From Candidatus Thorarchaeota archaeon (GTDB lineage Archaea; Asgardarchaeota; Thorarchaeia; Thorarchaeales; Thorarchaeaceae), in NCBI GenBank assembly GCA_046758445.1, contig JBHIAE010000048.1, positions 1 to 21,859 on the forward strand: DNA of 21,859 bases. Direction: 5' to 3'. Below are positions 17,405 to 21,859 of this stretch, in pieces (the first letter of the stretch is position 1; every line of letters begins with the position of its first letter). The notes beneath the pieces are model-generated. The model was not told where the DNA came from. It was given only the letters and a program-made list of their open reading frames with translations, and searched no databases. The position numbers and the translations under genes are program-made.

Positions 17405-19111
17405 CTATCTAAAGAAGCTCTCCGGGCGTCGTTCCCAGATCTCCTCATCAGCCGAGGCAATGACATACTGGTATCCTTGCTCTGTGAGGAAGAGCTGTCG
17501 CTTTGCTGCAAAGTCCATGTCCCTCGTGTCCTTCGTCACTAGCGAATAGAATCTGGCAAAGCTGCCATCAGTCTTAGGTCGCAGAATCCTGCCAAGTCTC
17601 TGTGCCTCCTCCTGTCGTGAACCGAAGGTGCCAGAAACCTGAATGGCAACATTGGCATCCGGAAGGTCCAGTGCGAAGTTTGCGACTTTGGAAACAATGA
17701 GAATCTTCAGCTCTCCTTCGCGAAACAAATCATACAGCCTGTGCCGTTCTGCGTTGCTGGTCTTTCCTGTGATTAGGGGTGCCCTCAATTCATCTGCTAT
17801 GATCTTGAGCTGGTCGAGATACATCCCAATGACCATCACATTGTCGGCCTGATGATAGTCCACTAACGTCTTGATGATTGGAAGTTTGTCTGGATTCTCC
17901 GCGGCTATTCTGTATTTCTTCCTGTCCTCCGCCAAAGCGTATTTCCTTCTTAGACCGTCTGGAAGGTCAAGCCTAATCTCATAGCAGACAGCAGTGGCAA
18001 TCCACCCCTGGTCTTCAAGCTGTTTCCACGGTAGATCGTACCTCTTTGGGCCAATTAGACTGAACACGTCCTCCTCACGTTCGTCTTCTCTGACAAGCGT
18101 AGCAGTAAGACCAAGGCGTCTGGTAGCTTGGATAGTTGCTGTTACTCTGAATACAGGAGCCGGGAGAAGATGAACTTCGTCGTAGATTATCAGTCCCCAA
18201 TTCCTTGCTTCGAAGATCTTGAAGTGCTCGAATTCATCCTCTCTCGACTTCCTCCACGTCATTATCTGGTAGGTGGCCACTGTAATTGGACGGACCTCTT
18301 TCGTGTCGCCAGTGTACTCACCTATCTGTTCAGGTTTGAGAGTAGTCTTGTCGAGGAGCTCGCTAATCCATTGACGCACAGCAACCACGTTTGGGCATAG
18401 AATCACTGTGGAAGTCTGTAATTTGTGCATGGCTCCAATTCCCACCATCGTCTTGCCAGCCCCACATGGCAAGACAACAACACCAGACCCCCCACGAACT
18501 CCCCCGCCTGCGTAAAACGTATCCACGGCGTCTCTCTGATAGTTCCTCAGACTCCATGGTCCTCCTTCCAAGGTGACCTCTCTTATGTCGAAGTGGAGTA
18601 CTTCTCCTTCAACGTATCCTGCAAGGTCTTCGACAGGGTGACCAATCTCGATCAGCGCGTGCTTCAGGAAGCCTCTCTTGGCACCATCAATCAGAAAGGT
18701 CCTGTCATCGACACGTTCCTCTATATACTCCCTGACCTTCTTAGCCTGCCATATTGTTTCGGCCAGATCTTCGTCTTCACATTCCAGCAAGAGGTCGGGG
18801 CCTTCCCTAGACAGGGTAAGCTGACCATATCTCGACATGTACTCTATGACTTCGCGCTTGATGTTGTCAGGAATGGGGTACTTGGCATAGCGTTCCAATG
18901 AATCAACGACTTCTCTCGAGGTCATTCCCATTGCTGCAGAGTTCCAGAGGCTCAAGGGAGTTACTCTGTATGTGTGAACGTATTCGGGACTCTTGACGAG
19001 TTCAGCGAATCTCGCGAGAGAGTCTCTAGCCTCTTCATATAGAGGATTGTCTACTTCCAGTAGCACAGACTTGTCTGACTGCACTATCAACGGGTTCATC
19101 GGATTGGGCAT
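17405..19111 (-). CDS. xpb: XPB/Ssl2/ERCC3-family SF2 DNA helicase with N-terminal Helicase_C_3 domain
   Basis: PLIVQSDKSVLLEVD...HTYRVTPLSLWN, VLPCGAGKT, DEVH, GLTATLVRED (RED motif), GSRQEEAQRLGRILR. Confidence 0.95.
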   Translation of the reverse strand: MPNPMNPLIVQSDKSVLLEVDNPLYEEARDSLARFAELVKSPEYVHTYRVTPLSLWNSAAMGMTSREVVDSLERYAKYPIPDNIKREVIEYMSRYGQLTLSREGPDLLLECEDEDLAETIWQAKKVREYIEERVDDRTFLIDGAKRGFLKHALIEIGHPVEDLAGYVEGEVLHFDIREVTLEGGPWSLRNYQRDAVDTFYAGGGVRGGSGVVVLPCGAGKTMVGIGAMHKLQTSTVILCPNVVAVRQWISELLDKTTLKPEQIGEYTGDTKEVRPITVATYQIMTWRKSREDEFEHFKIFEARNWGLIIYDEVHLLPAPVFRVTATIQATRRLGLTATLVREDEREEDVFSLIGPKRYDLPWKQLEDQGWIATAVCYEIRLDLPDGLRRKYALAEDRKKYRIAAENPDKLPIIKTLVDYHQADNVMVIGMYLDQLKIIADELRAPLITGKTSNAERHRLYDLFREGELKILIVSKVANFALDLPDANVAIQVSGTFGSRQEEAQRLGRILRPKTDGSFARFYSLVTKDTRDMDFAAKRQLFLTEQGYQYVIASADEEIWERRPESFFR

Positions 19112-19124
19112 CTACATACCTCAT

Positions 19125-19170
19125 ACTCGCCGTCATCATATCATCAGACGGAAACCGAAGGACGGCGAGT
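19125..19170. repeat. Perfect 10-bp inverted repeat upstream of xpb
   Basis: actcgccgtc (19125-19134) and gacggcgagt (19161-19170). Confidence 0.7.
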
Positions 19171-19207
19171 TGACTTTAAGATAAATCCTTCCCTCTAGTA
19201 CATCCAG

Positions 19208-19242
19208 ACCAAGACAAACAGTTGTTCTACCAAGACAAATAG
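19208..19242. repeat. Direct repeat ACCAAGACAAAYAG x2, 21-bp period
   Basis: Copies start at 19208 and 19229. Confidence 0.7.
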
Positions 19243-19255
19243 GTACCACATGAGA

Positions 19256-19293
19256 TGTGACGGCTCTCACAAAGACCGCAAACCCTTTATGCA
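19256..19293 (+). promoter_or_regulatory. TGTGA-N6-TCACA palindrome followed by a BRE/TATA promoter
   Basis: tgtga cggctc tcaca at 19256-19271, then cgcaaaccc tttatgca at 19277-19293. Confidence 0.55.
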
Positions 19294-19311
19294 ATTGGGA
19301 GCAGGCCGGCC

Positions 19312-19404
19312 TGTCTGATGAGACGGAGGTGCAGATTTCTAATGATGGTCATGAGAGTATTCAAAGTGGACGCCTGCACCCGTAGTGAGGTCGTCATCTA
19401 GACA
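19312..19404 (+). other. Candidate structured leader RNA containing a 19-aa uORF (19342-19401)
   Basis: tgtctgatga/tcatc-t-agaca, acg/cgt and ggtgcag/ctgcacc pairings. GGAGGTG lies 10 nt upstream of ATG 19342. Confidence 0.45.
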
Positions 19405-19583
19405 TCCGCTGTTTCTATGGGCTTGCCATTCATTTCACGCATCAAGTTTGGAACGCTCATTGATGCACATTACGTGTGGCTGGTAGTCTGCTTCTCCAAG
19501 TTTTGTGTGCCATTGATAGAAGATGCGTGCCGGCTCAGTCAATGAGAATGAACAAAGAAGTTGAAAGATACGAAGCTAGGTGA

Positions 19584-20453
19584 ATGGCTGGGCTCATGTC
19601 GTGGCGTGTGCCAGAGATGAGCCGAGTTGAGAAATACAACCCTCTCAAGAGGGGTGCCTTGTCCAAAAAGCGTGATTCGCTGAAGGGTGACAGGACCGCC
19701 AGAGGGGTTGAGATCAAGGAGCTCACCTTTGACTCTGTGAGAGAGGACACCATTGGGTTCGGACTAGTCAGTGATCTGGTCTACCCAATAAACGCAGGAA
19801 AAGAAGCGTCGATCTTCCTTGCACACTGGAAGGGCCATCCTATAGTGCTCAAAGCATATAGACTGTGGCAGTCATCCCACAAGATGTCAAAGAAGAAGGG
19901 ATACCAGGGAGCGGCGACCAGCAAGAGGACTTACTGCATACTAGGAATGATGGAGGACCTTGCAGTCATGGAGTTCGACATTCTGATGAACTGTTTCAAA
20001 GCAGGAGTTTCTGTGCCAACTCCCATTGGCAGAGTCGGGAACTACTTGACGATGAGATTCATCGGAGATGAAACTGGACCGGCACCGCAGCTTAAGGATG
20101 TGCATCTTGAGGACCCGGAAACAGTGTTGAATCAGGTGCTTGAGGACTATCTCCTAATGTACAGTAAAGCCCACTATGTACATGGAGACCTGAGTCGCTA
20201 CAACATCCTTTGGCACCAGGACAGACCTTGGTTCATTGATGTGCCACAAGCCTATACAGTCGGCCCATGGGCTGATATGAACAAGGTTGAGAAACTGTTG
20301 CTGAGAGACATAGAGAATACGCTCTCGTACTTTGAGGGCTATGACATCCATAGAAACCCCGAGCATATTCTTGAGGTGTTCCTTTCTGAATACATCCCTG
20401 AGAACTTGAGGAACTACAGGGAACTGAAACCCGAAGGACATGGGACGCTCTAG
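19584..20453 (+). CDS. rio1: RIO1-family atypical Ser/Thr kinase/ATPase
   Basis: INAGKEASIF, VLKAYR, GVSVPTP, LTMRFIG, PAPQLKD, HGDLSRYNIL, FIDVPQA. Start uncertain (19584, 19596 or 19617). Confidence 0.9.
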   Translation: MAGLMSWRVPEMSRVEKYNPLKRGALSKKRDSLKGDRTARGVEIKELTFDSVREDTIGFGLVSDLVYPINAGKEASIFLAHWKGHPIVLKAYRLWQSSHKMSKKKGYQGAATSKRTYCILGMMEDLAVMEFDILMNCFKAGVSVPTPIGRVGNYLTMRFIGDETGPAPQLKDVHLEDPETVLNQVLEDYLLMYSKAHYVHGDLSRYNILWHQDRPWFIDVPQAYTVGPWADMNKVEKLLLRDIENTLSYFEGYDIHRNPEHILEVFLSEYIPENLRNYRELKPEGHGTL

Positions 20454-20576
20454 TGCTGGATCGATGGTCAGAATGTTGGCAGCGATCAGCCTGTGCAGCT
20501 TTTGGCCATTCTCATAAACCATTTGTGTACCGGTCCTACATTAGAGGATTATTAGGCTCCCCAAGGACAAAGAAGC

Positions 20577-20795
20577 ATGAGAATTGCTGCCGATAAGTGG
20601 ATAGTAGTCAGAGGCTAAGTGTTCAGGCTTGAACAAGTCTTTGATGATGTATTCGGCGCTCTACTTCTGCAAAAGCAGCTGGCCAATGAACGAGAAGTCA
20701 CTCTGAAGAGGACTGAAGACGGTCGATGGGCAGTCTATTGGAGATCCAAGAAGAAGCGAGTCGAGTGCGTCCCAAGTCTACAAAGTGCTAGCTGA
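20577..20795 (+). pseudogene. Small protein gene interrupted by an in-frame TAA, or an intact 58-aa gene starting at GTG 20619
   Basis: Not in the ORF track. Reads MRIAADKWIVVRG*VFRLEQVFDDVFGALLLQKQLANEREVTLKRTEDGRWAVYWRSKKKRVECVPSLQSAS*. A TTATTA box lies about 25 nt before ATG 20577. Confidence 0.5.
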
Positions 20796-20950
20796 TTCAG
20801 TACACGTTCCTCTTCTGTGAAGGATCTTTGTCGAGCTGTAAGAGGAACGGCTGCCCTAGATTGCATTCCACCAGCAAACTCACTGAAACCTTATTTCTGG
20901 TCACTTGGCAGAGAGTTACAGCTCTGCAGTCAGGTGGCGCTCCCCGAACT

Positions 20951-21367
20951 TTAGTCCACTTTACGCAGGACCACTCGTGACACACCGGGTATCTTCTTCA
21001 AGCTCTCTTCAAGTTCTTTGAGTGTAACCACAAGCTGGTCTGGCACAAAGTAGCATTCGTAGTAGCACTTCTCGCCTCTGAGGCAAACACCAGTTGTAAA
21101 GATGATGTCGCTCAGCTTGGCGTCGTTGAATGCGAAGTTCAACTGCTTTAGAAAGTTCCTCGAGAGATCGCTAATCTCGATTCGAAGCAGGTAGATGTCA
21201 TCACTGGAAACCGGGAAAATCTTCATGACCCTGTCCTTGTGATGCAAAACTGTCAGAGCCGCTTTCTCCCCGATGTCCGCCACAAACTCGGCTGGAAACT
21301 CGACTGGCTTCCCTTCAGTGAAATGCAGAATAATAGCAGATGTTGCTCCCTCGCGGTCTATCGTCAC
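20951..21367 (-). CDS. Hypothetical protein with ACT-like C-terminal domain
   Basis: LLRIEISD...FLKQL...IIFTTG...LEESLKKIPGVSRVVL is consistent with an ACT beta-alpha-beta-beta-alpha-beta pattern. Confidence 0.65.
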   Translation of the reverse strand: MTIDREGATSAIILHFTEGKPVEFPAEFVADIGEKAALTVLHHKDRVMKIFPVSSDDIYLLRIEISDLSRNFLKQLNFAFNDAKLSDIIFTTGVCLRGEKCYYECYFVPDQLVVTLKELEESLKKIPGVSRVVLRKVD

Positions 21368-21547
21368 GGTCTTTTACACGTCCTTTCAGGGTCTAGTACT
21401 CGGTGTCATGACGTTCTCTCTTATTAAAACATTCTGTCGTAAATCCCCTCCTGTCAGTACAGTTTCTTACATCAAAGTACATGTCCACTTTGTGACAGGA
21501 GTGTACACAATGTATAATTGAAGGAGGGAGAATTGGAGAATTGGAGT

Positions 21548-21859
21548 TTGGCAAGTGTGAATCCTCGTCTGGCCCAGTTCCTAGGGCTACTGCTGATCAT
21601 TGTGAGTGTCGCGATGACCTATCTGGTGTACCAATCAACGATTGATGTCGGCGGCGACATAGGCGTTATGCTTACATCAGGTGTCATAGCGTGGGCGATA
21701 CTAGGCCTACCAGAGCTGGCAATCGGCCTTTGGCTACTTGTCAGAGGGACTCGAGAAGCACGTGTTGGTGACGTGTCCGGGAAGCTGATATCTGTCGTTC
21801 AGCGTGAGGGTCGAATTGGCGTTGCTGCGGCTGCAACAGAGATTGGGGCTTCTTCTGGA
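21548..21859 (+). CDS. Partial 2-TM membrane protein, probably followed by a winged-helix-like domain
   Basis: Not in the ORF track because it runs off the window. Reads LASVNPRLAQFLGLLLIIVSVAMTYLVY...GVIAWAILGLPELAIGLWLLVRG...REGRIGVAAAATEIG. Purine-rich RBS at 21522-21546; TTG start at 21533 or 21548. Confidence 0.7.
   Translation, partial: MASVNPRLAQFLGLLLIIVSVAMTYLVYQSTIDVGGDIGVMLTSGVIAWAILGLPELAIGLWLLVRGTREARVGDVSGKLISVVQREGRIGVAAAATEIGASSG

Noticed and set aside
19208-19242. Direct repeats as a CRISPR remnant
   Set aside because: Only two 14-bp units with a 7-nt spacer, and no cas genes.
19315-19365. Box C/D guide sRNA (TGATGA...CAGA...TGATGG)
   Set aside because: No terminal CTGA box D at the expected spacing. 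The apparent guide is better explained as an SD sequence.
19315-19404. CTGATGA suggesting a hammerhead ribozyme
   Set aside because: No GAAA core follows the candidate stem II, and there is no stem III or cleavage triplet.
19581-19583. Selenocysteine codon at the in-frame TGA before rio1
   Set aside because: No redox motif context, RIO kinases are not known selenoproteins, and I could not identify a SECIS.
8-21521. Numerous 60-160 aa ORFs overlapping the main genes (e.g. 4222-4671, 8218-8667, 13298-13780, 18425-18901)
   Set aside because: Antisense or off-frame shadows of well-supported genes, with no recognisable motifs.

Overview
Gene-dense archaeal chromosomal segment of about 50% GC. 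It shows TATA/BRE-type promoters, apparently leaderless starts, Cdc6/Orc1, RFC, RadA and RIO homologues. An Asgard archaeon, probably Thorarchaeia-like, is my inference from gene content. Gene order: 3' end of a membrane protein; a RadA paralog lacking Walker motifs; a small Zn-ribbon protein; GcvH; a Cdc6/Orc1 paralog with degenerate Walker A/B; a GlcD/GlcF-like 2-hydroxyacid dehydrogenase pair and malic enzyme; two tandem Bcp peroxiredoxins; three divergent paralogous 4-TM membrane proteins of unknown function; two more membrane proteins. A DNA-repair block follows (p52/Tfb2-like helicase-associated protein, RFC small-subunit paralog with an insertion, APH/choline-kinase-like enzyme, eukaryote/bacteria-type XPB). 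Then come a 470-nt intergenic region with repeats, an operator-like palindrome, a stem-loop and uORFs; a RIO1 kinase; a small gene split by an in-frame stop; an ACT-like protein; and a partial membrane protein. No rRNA, tRNA, CRISPR array or mobile element was seen. The strongest leads are the XPB + p52-like pair, the three-paralog membrane cluster, the two pseudo-ATPases and the structured RIO1 leader.
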